A stretch of DNA of 64,000 bases from Planctomycetota bacterium (GTDB taxonomy: Bacteria; Planctomycetota; B15-G4). Shown here piece by piece: positions 1-8,909 of the stretch. Below the pieces are notes generated by a model that was given only the letters and a program-made list of their open reading frames with translations, was not told the DNA's origin and ran no database searches. Location: contig JBBQUR010000001.1 of assembly GCA_038212275.1 (NCBI GenBank), positions 64,001 through 128,000 on the forward strand, written 5' to 3'. Each line of letters starts with the position of its first letter. The first letter of the stretch is position 1. The position numbers were made by a program, and so were the translations under genes.

Positions 1-48
1 CTCCGCGGAGCGCTCGCGGCACACGGCTTTTCAGGGAGGGGTGAAACG

Positions 49-1023
49 ATGATCAAGCACAGTCGAGCGATCGAAGGCCTTGCCGTGGCGCTGGCCACGC
101 CGTTCACGCCGAGCGGCACCATCGACCTGCCGGCCTTCCGGCGGCTCGTGCGGCACGTCGTCGCAGGCGGCGTGGACGTGCTCGTGCCGCTGGGCTCCAC
201 GGGAGAAGCCGCGACGCTGCGCGAGGCGGAGCGCGACGCGCTGCTCGTCGCCTGCGTGGAGGAGGCCGGCGGCAAGCCGGTGCTCGCCGGCACCGGCAGC
301 AATGCGACGGCGCAGGCCGCCGCGTGGACGGCGCGCGCGCAGGAACTCGGCGCGTCGGCAGCGCTCGTCGTCACGCCCTACTACAACAAGCCGACGACCG
401 GTGGCCTCGTGGCGCACTACGAAGCCGTCGCCGCCGCCGCGCCGGGGCTGCCGATCGTGGTCTACAACGTGCCGGGCCGCACCGGCAGCAACCTGACGCC
501 GGCGCAGCTCGCGCGGCTCTGGGAGCATCCGCAGATCGTCGCGGTGAAGGAATCCTCGGGAAGTCTCACGCAGATCGGCCAGATCCTCGCGGAGCTGCCG
601 CCGGGCAAGCGCCTGCTGTCGGGTGACGACAATCTCGCGCTCGCGACCATCGCGCAGGGCGGCGCCGGTCTCGTCTCCGTGACCGGCAATCTGCTTCCCG
701 CTCCCATGGCGGCGCTCGTCGCGCACGCGCGTGCCGGCCGGATGGACGAGGCGCGCGCGCTGCACGTCGCGCTGCTGCCGGTGATGGATGCCTTGTTCGC
801 TGAGAGCAACCCGATTCCGCTCAAGGCCGGCCTGGCACTGCTCGGCCTGTCCGGCGACGGCCTGCGGCTGCCGCTCACCACGCCGCTCCCGGCGAGCCGC
901 GCGCGGCTCGCCGCGGCGCTCATCGATGCGGCGCGCGAGCTCGAGAGCGGCGCGCCTCCGGCCATGTCGGCTGCGCTGCCGGCTGCGCTGCGTGCGCGGC
1001 TGTCCGAAGCGGTGACCGCATGA
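49..1023 (+). CDS. dapA: 4-hydroxy-tetrahydrodipicolinate synthase
   Basis: Motifs ALATPF, GSTGE, VTPYYNKP, YNVPGRT and VAVKESSG (Schiff-base Lys), plus FAESNPIPLK. GGAGG RBS upstream. Confidence 0.95.
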   Translation: MIKHSRAIEGLAVALATPFTPSGTIDLPAFRRLVRHVVAGGVDVLVPLGSTGEAATLREAERDALLVACVEEAGGKPVLAGTGSNATAQAAAWTARAQELGASAALVVTPYYNKPTTGGLVAHYEAVAAAAPGLPIVVYNVPGRTGSNLTPAQLARLWEHPQIVAVKESSGSLTQIGQILAELPPGKRLLSGDDNLALATIAQGGAGLVSVTGNLLPAPMAALVAHARAGRMDEARALHVALLPVMDALFAESNPIPLKAGLALLGLSGDGLRLPLTTPLPASRARLAAALIDAARELESGAPPAMSAALPAALRARLSEAVTA

Positions 1024-1045
1024 TCCCGCGCCGGCAGGACGCCGC

Positions 1046-1864
1046 ATGACGCCCGAGGAACTGAACGGTTTCTACGAGCGTGAAGCGGCCGTCGTGCTCG
1101 CCGACCCGGCGTGGGAAACGGCGCATGCGGCGCTGCTCGAGGCGCTCGAATCGGGCCGGGTGCGCGCAGCCGAGCGCCGCGACGACGGCGCGTGGGTGGC
1201 GGTGGGGTGGGTCAAGCAGGCCATCCTCGTCGGCTTCCGGCGCAGCGGCCTCATCGAGCTGCCCGGCGTCGGCGGAAGCTCCAGTTTCGACAAGACGGCG
1301 TTTCCGCCGCGCATGCTCACGCTGCACGACGACGTGCGCCTCGTGCCCGGCGGCAGCGCGGTGCGGCGCGGCGCGCATCTCGGCGCGGGCGTGGTGCTCA
1401 TGCCGCCGGCCTACGTGAACGTCGGCGCCTTCGTCGGCGAGGGCACGATGGTGGACAGCCACGCGCTCGTAGGAAGTTGCGCGCAGATCGGCGCGCGCGT
1501 GCACCTCTCGGCGGCGGCGCAGGTGGGCGGCGTGCTCGAGCCCGTCGGCGCGTTGCCGGTGGTCGTCGAGGACGATGCCTTCATCGGAGGGCTGGCGGGG
1601 CTGTTCGAGGGCATCGTGGTCCGCAAGCGCGCCGTCATCGCCGCGGGCGTGGTGCTCACGGGCAGCACCGAGATCCACGACCTCATCAAGCATCGCACGT
1701 GGCGCCGCGAGGTCCCCGAGGGCGCGGTCGTCGTGCCGGGCTCCCGCGCTGCGGCCGGAGCGTGGGCCGTGGAGCATGGTCTGCAGATCAGCGCGCCGCT
1801 CATCGTGAAGTATCGCGACGCCCGCACCGACGCGCGCACCGTGCTCGAGGACGCGCTGCGGTGA
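1046..1864 (+). CDS. dapD: 2,3,4,5-tetrahydropyridine-2,6-dicarboxylate N-succinyltransferase
   Basis: WVKQAIL, hexapeptide LbH repeats (VNVGAFVGEGTMVDS, VGSCAQIG, GGVLEP) and REVPEGAVVVPGS. Follows dapA. Confidence 0.93.
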   Translation: MTPEELNGFYEREAAVVLADPAWETAHAALLEALESGRVRAAERRDDGAWVAVGWVKQAILVGFRRSGLIELPGVGGSSSFDKTAFPPRMLTLHDDVRLVPGGSAVRRGAHLGAGVVLMPPAYVNVGAFVGEGTMVDSHALVGSCAQIGARVHLSAAAQVGGVLEPVGALPVVVEDDAFIGGLAGLFEGIVVRKRAVIAAGVVLTGSTEIHDLIKHRTWRREVPEGAVVVPGSRAAAGAWAVEHGLQISAPLIVKYRDARTDARTVLEDALR

Positions 1865-3243
1865 GCGCCGCGGCGCGCTCCCGTCCGCCGGGCGCGGACC
1901 GGCTGCCGCCGAGCGGCCCTGCGGCGGAGACTCTCTTCGCGTTCACGCCGGAGCAGGCCGCGGCTCTTGCTGCGCGACACGGCACTCCATGCTTCGTCTA
2001 CGACGTGCGGCGTGCGGAGGACGCCTACCGCCGGCTCTCCGCCGCGTTGCCGCCGCGCGTCGCGCTGGCCTTCGCCGTGAAAGCCAACCCGCATCCCGAG
2101 CTGCTCTCGCACCTCGCGGCGCTCGGGGCGCGCTTCGACTGCGCATCGGCCGGCGAACTGCGGCGCGCGGCCACGGCGCTCGCTGCGCGGCCTGCCTCCG
2201 CGGGAAGCCCGCCGCAACTGCTCTACGCCGGGCCGGGCAAGCGTGACAGCGAACTGGCCCTTGCGCTGGCGCTCGGTGCCCGCGTGCAGGCCGAGGGCTG
2301 GGAAGATCTGGCGCGGCTGTCCGCGCTGGCGAGCGGTGCGCCCCTGGCCGTGAACCTGCGCGTGCATCCTCGCCTCGCTCCGTCCGAGGAGCGCTCGCTG
2401 CTCGGCGGCACCGGACCGTCGGCCTTCGGCGTGGACGAAGAGGACGTGCCCGCGCTGCTCCCGCGCGTGGCCGCGCTGTCCGGCGTACGCGTGACGGGCC
2501 TGCACGTCTTCGCGGCGACGAATCAGCGCGATGCCTCCGCGTTGCTCGTTGCGTGGGAGCACGTCTTCCGGCTCGGGCAGTCGCTGCAGCACGAGCATGG
2601 GCTCCAGCTCGAGCAGATCGATCTCGGCGGGGGGCTTGGCGTGCCGTACGCGGCCGGCGAGGCGCCGCTCGATGTCCGCGCGCTCGGGGCAGGCCTGTCG
2701 GCATTGCTCGAGCGGCACAAGTGGTTCACGGGCGAGGTCCTGCTCGAACCGGGCCGCTATCTCGCGGCGAGCTGCGGCGACTACCTCGTGAAGGTCGTGC
2801 GCACCAAGCACAGCCGAGGCACGCGCTTCGCCATCCTCGAGGGTGGCATCAATCATCTCCTGCGGCCGATGCTCACCGGGCAAGCCTTCCCGGTGCGGTG
2901 CGTGCTGCGCCCGGACGCGGCGCGCGCGGCGCGTGTGGCGCGCGCGGCGGGCGCAACGGACGCGAAGGGGCACGAGGCCTGTGCCGAGGTCGCCGGCCCT
3001 GCAGTCGAGGCAGCCGACGAGACAGACGAGGCCGGCAGGGGACCGCTTCACAAGACCGCTCTCGCCGGTCCGCTCTGCACGGCTCTCGACCGGTTGGGCG
3101 AGGTGCTGCTGCCGGAACTCCTGCCCGGTGACGTGCTGGATTTCGGCATGGTCGGCGCGTACGGAGCGACCGAGGCGATGAGCGACTTCCTCAGCCATCC
3201 GCGCCCTCCGGAAATCTGGGTCGACCCGTCGGCGCCCGGGTGA
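1861..3243 (+). CDS. Fold-type III PLP-dependent decarboxylase (LysA/BtrK-like), probable diaminopimelate decarboxylase
   Basis: GTG start overlaps the dapD stop (GTGA). Motifs FAVKANP (PLP Lys), DCASAGE, GPGK, DLGGG, EPGRY, GPLCT and GAYG. Confidence 0.85.
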   Translation: MSAAARSRPPGADRLPPSGPAAETLFAFTPEQAAALAARHGTPCFVYDVRRAEDAYRRLSAALPPRVALAFAVKANPHPELLSHLAALGARFDCASAGELRRAATALAARPASAGSPPQLLYAGPGKRDSELALALALGARVQAEGWEDLARLSALASGAPLAVNLRVHPRLAPSEERSLLGGTGPSAFGVDEEDVPALLPRVAALSGVRVTGLHVFAATNQRDASALLVAWEHVFRLGQSLQHEHGLQLEQIDLGGGLGVPYAAGEAPLDVRALGAGLSALLERHKWFTGEVLLEPGRYLAASCGDYLVKVVRTKHSRGTRFAILEGGINHLLRPMLTGQAFPVRCVLRPDAARAARVARAAGATDAKGHEACAEVAGPAVEAADETDEAGRGPLHKTALAGPLCTALDRLGEVLLPELLPGDVLDFGMVGAYGATEAMSDFLSHPRPPEIWVDPSAPG

Positions 3244-3381
3244 GCGCGGGCAGCTGCGAACGGCCGCGGGCGCGCGCTTGCGAAGTTCAGCCCCATGATG
3301 GAAGGCACGCCGGAGATCCAGGCTGCGATCCGGCCGGCGCCCGGCGCGCCGTTGCGGGTTCCGCGACGGGTCGCGATAGTG

Positions 3382-3405
3382 TGCGGACGGACTCATCCGT
3401 CCGCA
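3382..3405. promoter_or_regulatory. Perfect 10-bp inverted repeat, candidate TetR operator
   Basis: TGCGGACGGA-ctca-TCCGTCCGCA, directly after a weak -35/-10 pair (TTGCGG at 3352, GATAGT at 3375) and 20 bp before the proposed TetR start. Confidence 0.6.
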
Positions 3406-3425
3406 TTCCCCGGAGCGCACAGGCC

Positions 3426-4241
3426 GTGACTCGCAAGGACTCCAGGGCCGCTGGCACGAAGAGCGGCGCTTCGCGGCGCGCAGCGGGGCGCGACGGGCAA
3501 CGGACAAGCCGCGCGCCGGCGCCGCGCCGCGGCCGAGCGGCGCCTGATCGCACGGAGGAAATCCTCGCGCTGGCCGCCGCCGTCTTCGCGAAGCAGGGTT
3601 TCAGCAGCACGGATCTGCAGGACATCGCCGATGGCCTGGGCATCGGAAAGGCCAGCCTTTACCGCCGCTTCCCCTCGAAGGGCGCGCTGTTTCTCGCCAC
3701 GGTGGACCGCGTGATGCTGCAGCTGCGCGCGGCGGTGGAGGCCGCCGTGGACCCGGCTGCGGATGCGCTCGAGCAGATCGCGGCGGCCGTGCGCGAATAC
3801 CTCGCCTTCTTCGACTCGCATCCGCACTACGTCGAGCTGCTCATCCAGGAGCGCGCCGACTTCAAGCATCGCAAGCAGCCGACGTACTTTGTGCACCGGC
3901 GCAACGCGATCCAGCGCTGGACCACGCTCTACGAGCGGCTCATGGACGAGGGCCGCGTGCGCCGCATGCCCGTCGAGCGCATCACCGACGTCCTGAGCAG
4001 CGCCGTCTACGGGACGATGTTCACCAACTTCTTCGCCGGGCGCTCCAAGTCGCACGAGCGGCAGGCCAGCGACCTGCTCGAGGTCGTCTTCCACGGCATC
4101 CTCGCGCCCGGTGCGCGCGGACTGCCGGACGTCCCCGCACCTCGTGCAAAGCGCGCCGAGGGACGGGCCGACGTGCCGGTCCGGGAAGCGGCGACGGCAG
4201 GCGGCGTGGCGGGACGTGCGCGCCGCAAGCGTCGCCCCTGA
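3426..4241 (+). CDS. TetR/AcrR family transcriptional regulator
   Basis: HTH signature EILALAAAVFAKQGFSSTDLQDIADGLGIGKASLYRRFPSKGALF. Start set at GTG 3426 (GGAG upstream); the ORF is open from 3240. Confidence 0.9.
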   Translation: MTRKDSRAAGTKSGASRRAAGRDGQRTSRAPAPRRGRAAPDRTEEILALAAAVFAKQGFSSTDLQDIADGLGIGKASLYRRFPSKGALFLATVDRVMLQLRAAVEAAVDPAADALEQIAAAVREYLAFFDSHPHYVELLIQERADFKHRKQPTYFVHRRNAIQRWTTLYERLMDEGRVRRMPVERITDVLSSAVYGTMFTNFFAGRSKSHERQASDLLEVVFHGILAPGARGLPDVPAPRAKRAEGRADVPVREAATAGGVAGRARRKRRP

Positions 4242-4406
4242 GGCGTTCATGCGCATGCGTCTGCGTGCCTCGGGCCCGACTCGGGTCGCGGCGCCGCGGC
4301 CTGGCGGGCGATCACGCGGGGCGAGCAGTCCTCGCGCGATTTCGTCGCCGCGAGCGACTACGATCGCGAGCCTCATGGCCAGTCCCCGGAGCGCGCGCAC
4401 GCAGAC

Positions 4407-7307
4407 ATGATCGTCGACCTGGGCGACAGCTCTGCCGACACGCTGCCCGAGGTGGACCTGTGCATCATCGGCACGGGGCCGGCTGGGACGACGCTCGCGG
4501 CCGAACTGGCCGGCTGCGGCCTGCGCATCGCCGTGCTGGAGAGCGGCCGTCGCGCGACCAGCGCGCAGGCCGACGCGTTGCGCCGCGTGATCAGCGAGGG
4601 CATCACGATCAAGGACTACTCGCGCGAGCGGGTGCTCGGCGGCGCCTCCACGACCTGGGCCGGCCTTTCGGCGCCGCTCGACCCGATCGACATGGAAGCG
4701 CGCCCCTTCCTGCGTGGCGCGGGCCGCAAGGGCTGGCCGATCACGCACGCGTCGCTGCTCCCGTACTGGGAGGCCGCGGCGCAGCGCTACCGCTTCGCGC
4801 CACTGCTCATGTACGGCGCCGACGGCTTCGGCGCGCTCAAGGATCGCGGCGACATGGCCCTGGCGTGGCGCGAGGTGCAGGAGAAGATCTTCCTCGCCTG
4901 CAGTGATCCGCAGGATTTCGGCCGCGAATGGCGCCATGTCTTCGAGTCGGACGGGACGACGCTCTACCTCGACGCGACGGTCCTGCGCCTCGCGGCCTCA
5001 GGCACCGCGACGCCGAGTGCGGGCGCCGGAGCCGGAGCCGGAGCGGGAGCGGGAGCGAGCGCGGGCGCCGGAGCGGGAGCGGGAGCGGGAGCGGGAGCAG
5101 CGGCCGGGTCCGACGGCCGTCGGCGCGTGACGCATGCGGAGCTGGTCACCGGCGCGGGGCGCACGCTCTCGCTGCGCGCGCGGGTCTTCGTGCTCGCGAC
5201 GGGCGGGCTGGAGAACGCCCGGCTGCTGCTCGCCTCGCGCGACCTGTGCGCCGCGGGCCTTGGCAATGAGCACGACCAGATCGGTCGCGGGCTGATGAAC
5301 CATCCGAAGAACTACCACGGCATCGTGCGCCTCGCGCGGCCGGTGCGCGAGCTGCCCTATCACTTCGGCTGCATGGCGCAGGGCTTTGCGGGTTATGCCG
5401 GGCTGCGCCTGCGCGAGGAACTGCAACGCGAGCGCTGCCTGCTCAACTGCTACGTGCGCTTCGAGCCGCTCTACCCGTGGTCCGACAACCGCGGCGTCGA
5501 GGCGCTGGTCTACCTCGTCAAGCACAGCGGGGGACTCTTCGGCGCCTGGAAGCGGCGGCAGGGCGGCAAGCTCGTGGCGCTGCGCGACTACTCCGAGACC
5601 GGCGACGACAGCGTGCTGCAGAACGAGCGCAAGTCCGCGCTGGACGTGATCGGGCTGTTCGGGACGGTGCTCGGCAACCTGCCGATGGTGCTGCGCTACG
5701 CCTTCTCGCGCACGTTGTCCGGCCGCGCGCCGCCGGTGCGCGCGATCCGCCTGCGCAACTTCATGGAGATGGAACCCGACCCGGAGAACCGCGTGCTGCT
5801 CTCCGCGGAGCGCGATGCCCACGGCGAACCGGTGCCCGTCGTGCGCCATCAGAGCTCGGAGGCTGACCGCCGCTCGCTGCTGGAGTTGCACCGCGTGCTG
5901 GTCCGCGAGTTCGCGGACAACGGACTCGGCACGCTCACGACCACGCTGGAGCGGGAACCGCGCTGGCCCATCGACCAGGACGCGAGCCATCATCTCGGCA
6001 CCACGGCGATGGGGAACGACCCGGCCGCGTCGGCCGTGACGCCGGAGCTGCGCCTGCACGGTGCGGACAACGTCTACTGCGCCGGCGGCTCGGTCTTTCC
6101 GACGAGCGGCTGCGCCAACCCGACCTTCACCATCGTGGCGCTCTCGATCCGCCTCGCGGAACATCTGCGCGGCGCGGTCTTCGCACGAGCGCCGGCAGCC
6201 GTCGAGGCTCGCGGCTCGACGGCCGACCTCTCGGCGCTGGCGCCGCGCTACGCGGGGCCGCTGCCCTGCCTGCGTGTCGCGGTCATCGGCGCGGGCAAGC
6301 GCGTGGCCACGGACGTGCTGCCTGCGCTGTGCGCGCTGCCCGGCCGCTTCGAGATCGACGGAGTGTTCGCGCGCGGCCGTCACGCCGTGCTCTCCGCCGG
6401 CCGCAGCTTTCACAGCGAAGCGCTGTCCTCGCTGACAGCCGAGCGACTCGCGCGCTGCGACCTCGTCTACGTCGCCGTCTCCAAGGACGCGGTGCCCGGC
6501 GTGCTGGCGCGCCTGGGCGCCTGCGACCTCTCGCGCACGGACCTGCTTATCGACACGCCGGTGCTGCTGTTCAAGCACCTCGGTCACCGGCACCGCTTTG
6601 CCGCCTTCCGGCGCGCGTGGGTGGCGGAGGACTGCGCCCGACTGCCGTGGTTCGACACGCTGGCGGCCGCGCGCACGGCCGGCCTGATCGGCGCGCCGAC
6701 GCGGATCGTCTTCCATCGTTCGGCGTGGCGCTACCACGCGCTGGCCATGTTCAGGACGCTGTTTCAGGATGGCGCGTGGCGCTCCGCGCGCAAGCGCAGG
6801 ACCGACGGCGAGGGAGGCGCCAGCCACCGCGTCGAGCTGGCCTTCGCGCACGGCGGTCGCGGCGTGCTGCTCGAACCGCGCGACTACGCTCGCGGACACG
6901 TCGAACTCTCGGACGGGCGCATCGTGGTGACCGATGCGGCGAGCCCTCCGGCCGGAGCGCTGTCGTTGCAGCCCGTGCTGAACGGCCGGCTCTGCACGGG
7001 TTTCCGCGTCGGCGACGTGCAGACCGCGCTGAATCCGGTGGAGAGCGCGTTGCTGGGCGCGTGGCACGCCGGGCAGTCCGTCACGTCGCACATGGAGGAC
7101 TGCAAGCGCGTCGGCCTGCAACGCATGTTGCGGACGATCCACGAGGGCGGTGCGGGCTACCCGCTGCAGGCCGCGCTGGACGACATGCTCGCGGACTACT
7201 TCCTCGAGAAACTCGGGCGCGCCACGCCGCGCGCGCTGTTCAGCCTGGACTCGGCCTCGGGGCGCGCGCTGATCGGCGGCGCCGCGCGTCTGCTGGGCGG
7301 GCGCTGA
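4407..7307 (+). CDS. GMC-family FAD oxidoreductase fused to a C-terminal Gfo/Idh/MocA-like Rossmann domain
   Basis: N-terminal DLCIIGTGPAG, LGGASTTWAG, VLATGGLENARLLL, HHLGTTAMG and GCANPTFTIVAL. The second domain begins LRVAVIGAGKRV. Confidence 0.85.
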   Translation: MIVDLGDSSADTLPEVDLCIIGTGPAGTTLAAELAGCGLRIAVLESGRRATSAQADALRRVISEGITIKDYSRERVLGGASTTWAGLSAPLDPIDMEARPFLRGAGRKGWPITHASLLPYWEAAAQRYRFAPLLMYGADGFGALKDRGDMALAWREVQEKIFLACSDPQDFGREWRHVFESDGTTLYLDATVLRLAASGTATPSAGAGAGAGAGAGASAGAGAGAGAGAGAAAGSDGRRRVTHAELVTGAGRTLSLRARVFVLATGGLENARLLLASRDLCAAGLGNEHDQIGRGLMNHPKNYHGIVRLARPVRELPYHFGCMAQGFAGYAGLRLREELQRERCLLNCYVRFEPLYPWSDNRGVEALVYLVKHSGGLFGAWKRRQGGKLVALRDYSETGDDSVLQNERKSALDVIGLFGTVLGNLPMVLRYAFSRTLSGRAPPVRAIRLRNFMEMEPDPENRVLLSAERDAHGEPVPVVRHQSSEADRRSLLELHRVLVREFADNGLGTLTTTLEREPRWPIDQDASHHLGTTAMGNDPAASAVTPELRLHGADNVYCAGGSVFPTSGCANPTFTIVALSIRLAEHLRGAVFARAPAAVEARGSTADLSALAPRYAGPLPCLRVAVIGAGKRVATDVLPALCALPGRFEIDGVFARGRHAVLSAGRSFHSEALSSLTAERLARCDLVYVAVSKDAVPGVLARLGACDLSRTDLLIDTPVLLFKHLGHRHRFAAFRRAWVAEDCARLPWFDTLAAARTAGLIGAPTRIVFHRSAWRYHALAMFRTLFQDGAWRSARKRRTDGEGGASHRVELAFAHGGRGVLLEPRDYARGHVELSDGRIVVTDAASPPAGALSLQPVLNGRLCTGFRVGDVQTALNPVESALLGAWHAGQSVTSHMEDCKRVGLQRMLRTIHEGGAGYPLQAALDDMLADYFLEKLGRATPRALFSLDSASGRALIGGAARLLGGR
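5016..5099 (+). repeat. Tandem 42-bp duplication built from GGAGCS hexamers, encoding (SAGAGAGAGAGAGA)x2
   Basis: Directly visible at 5016-5057 and 5058-5099, in frame within the GMC domain. Confidence 0.9.
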
Positions 7308-7316
7308 CGTCGCGCC

Positions 7317-8909
7317 ATGAGCATCACGCTCGGCAAGCTGCCCGCCGACGGAGAGCGCTTCGATGTCGTCGTCATCGGGGCCGGCCTCGGCGGGCTCGTG
7401 TCGGGAGCGCTGCTGGCGCGTGCAGGCCGGTCGGTGCTCATGCTGGAGCGTCACACCGTCGCCGGCGGCAATGCGACCGTGTTCCGCCGGCGCGGCTACG
7501 TCTTCGATGTGGGGCTGCACTACGTCGGCGGCTGCGGCGCGGACGGTACGCTGCCACGCATTCTGCGTGCGGCGGGCGCCGAGGGCATCCGCTTCAACGA
7601 GCTGGATCCCGACGGCTACGACGAGCTGGTGCTGCCCGGCCTGCGCTTCGCCATCCCGCGCGGCCGCGACGCCTTTCGCGAGCGCCTGATCGCGACCTTT
7701 CCCGCCGAGCGCGCCGGCATCGATCGCTACGTGCGCCTGCTTGCCGAGCTCGCCCGCGTGCTGCCGCGCCTGCACCGGCCCGTCGCGCTGGGCGCCGCGC
7801 TGCTCGCCTCGCCGTTGCTGCTGCGCTACCGGGGCGCGACCTTCGCACGCTTCCTCGACACCTGCACGTCTGACCCGGCGCTGCGCGCCGTGCTCGGTGC
7901 TCAGCACATCGGCTACGCGCTGCCGCCGAGCCGGGCGTCGGTGCTGGTGGCTGCAGGCATCACCGCGCACTATCTGGAGGGCGCCTACTATCCCCGCGGC
8001 GGCGGACAAGTGCTGTCCGACCGGCTGGCGCAGGCCTTCGCGGACGCGGGCGGCCGGCTGCTGTTGCGCACGTCGGCAGAGCGCATCGACATCGCACGCG
8101 GCCGGGTTGCCGGCGTGCGTCTCATGCGCCACGACGGCGAGGCCGTGACCGTGCGCACCTCCTGCGTGATTTCCAATGCCGATCTGCCCGCCACGCTGGG
8201 TGCGCTGCTGCCCGCCGGGACGCTTTCCGCACGCGCCACGGAGCGCGCCGCGCGCTGGGACATGGCTCCGCCACTGGCCGTGGCATACCTGGGTCTGCGA
8301 ACGGGAAGCGTGCGAAGCGCGCCGGCGCGCAACCTGTGGGTGCAGCCGACGCTGGACGTGGAGGCCGAATACGCCGCGGTGGCGCGCGGCGCGTGGCCGG
8401 TTGCGTCGAGCGCTTTTCTCACAGTCGCTTCCGACAAGGATCCCGACGATGCCGGCAGCGCGCCGCAGGGTCTCAGCAACGTGCAGGTGATGGGGGTCGC
8501 ACCTGCCTCGCCAACTGCGTGGGGCAGCAGCGCCGCCGCAGCGGCAGACGGCAGCTATCGGCGCGAGCCCGCCTACCTCGCCGCGAAGCAGGCGTGTCTG
8601 GCGCGACTGATCGACGCGGCAGGTCTCGCGTGGCAGGACGTGCGCACGCGTGTCGTGCATTCAGAGGTCGCCAGTCCGCTCACGCACAGCCGCTACACGG
8701 GTTCGACCGGCGGCACGTCGTACGGGCTGGCTGCCACGCCCGCTCAATTCCTGCTCGCGCGTCCCGGAGCGCGCTCCAGCGTGCCGGGTCTGTTCCTGTG
8801 CGGCGCGAGTTGCCGCGCCGGACACGGAATCGTCGGCGCGGCAACCTCCGGCGTCTTCGCGGCCGCGGCCGTCGCGGGCGGATCGCTGGCGCGGGATGTG
8901 CTCGGATGA
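7317..8909 (+). CDS. Phytoene desaturase/retinol saturase-like NAD(P)/FAD-dependent oxidoreductase
   Basis: FDVVVIGAGLGGL, FDVGLHY, YYPRGGGQ, SPLTHSRYTG and GLFLCG...GHGIVGA. Confidence 0.85.
   Translation: MSITLGKLPADGERFDVVVIGAGLGGLVSGALLARAGRSVLMLERHTVAGGNATVFRRRGYVFDVGLHYVGGCGADGTLPRILRAAGAEGIRFNELDPDGYDELVLPGLRFAIPRGRDAFRERLIATFPAERAGIDRYVRLLAELARVLPRLHRPVALGAALLASPLLLRYRGATFARFLDTCTSDPALRAVLGAQHIGYALPPSRASVLVAAGITAHYLEGAYYPRGGGQVLSDRLAQAFADAGGRLLLRTSAERIDIARGRVAGVRLMRHDGEAVTVRTSCVISNADLPATLGALLPAGTLSARATERAARWDMAPPLAVAYLGLRTGSVRSAPARNLWVQPTLDVEAEYAAVARGAWPVASSAFLTVASDKDPDDAGSAPQGLSNVQVMGVAPASPTAWGSSAAAAADGSYRREPAYLAAKQACLARLIDAAGLAWQDVRTRVVHSEVASPLTHSRYTGSTGGTSYGLAATPAQFLLARPGARSSVPGLFLCGASCRAGHGIVGAATSGVFAAAAVAGGSLARDVLG

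Noticed and set aside
1..52. Possible 3' tail of an upstream gene overlapping the dapA start (ATGA)
   Set aside because: Only 16 codons are visible, too few to identify.
4998..8660. Very long antisense or alternate-frame ORFs (e.g. 1220 aa at 4998..8660, 1017 aa at 15015..18068, 985 aa at 11329..14286)
   Set aside because: Arg/Ala/Gly-rich shadow ORFs expected in high-GC DNA. They overlap motif-supported genes and carry no motifs of their own.
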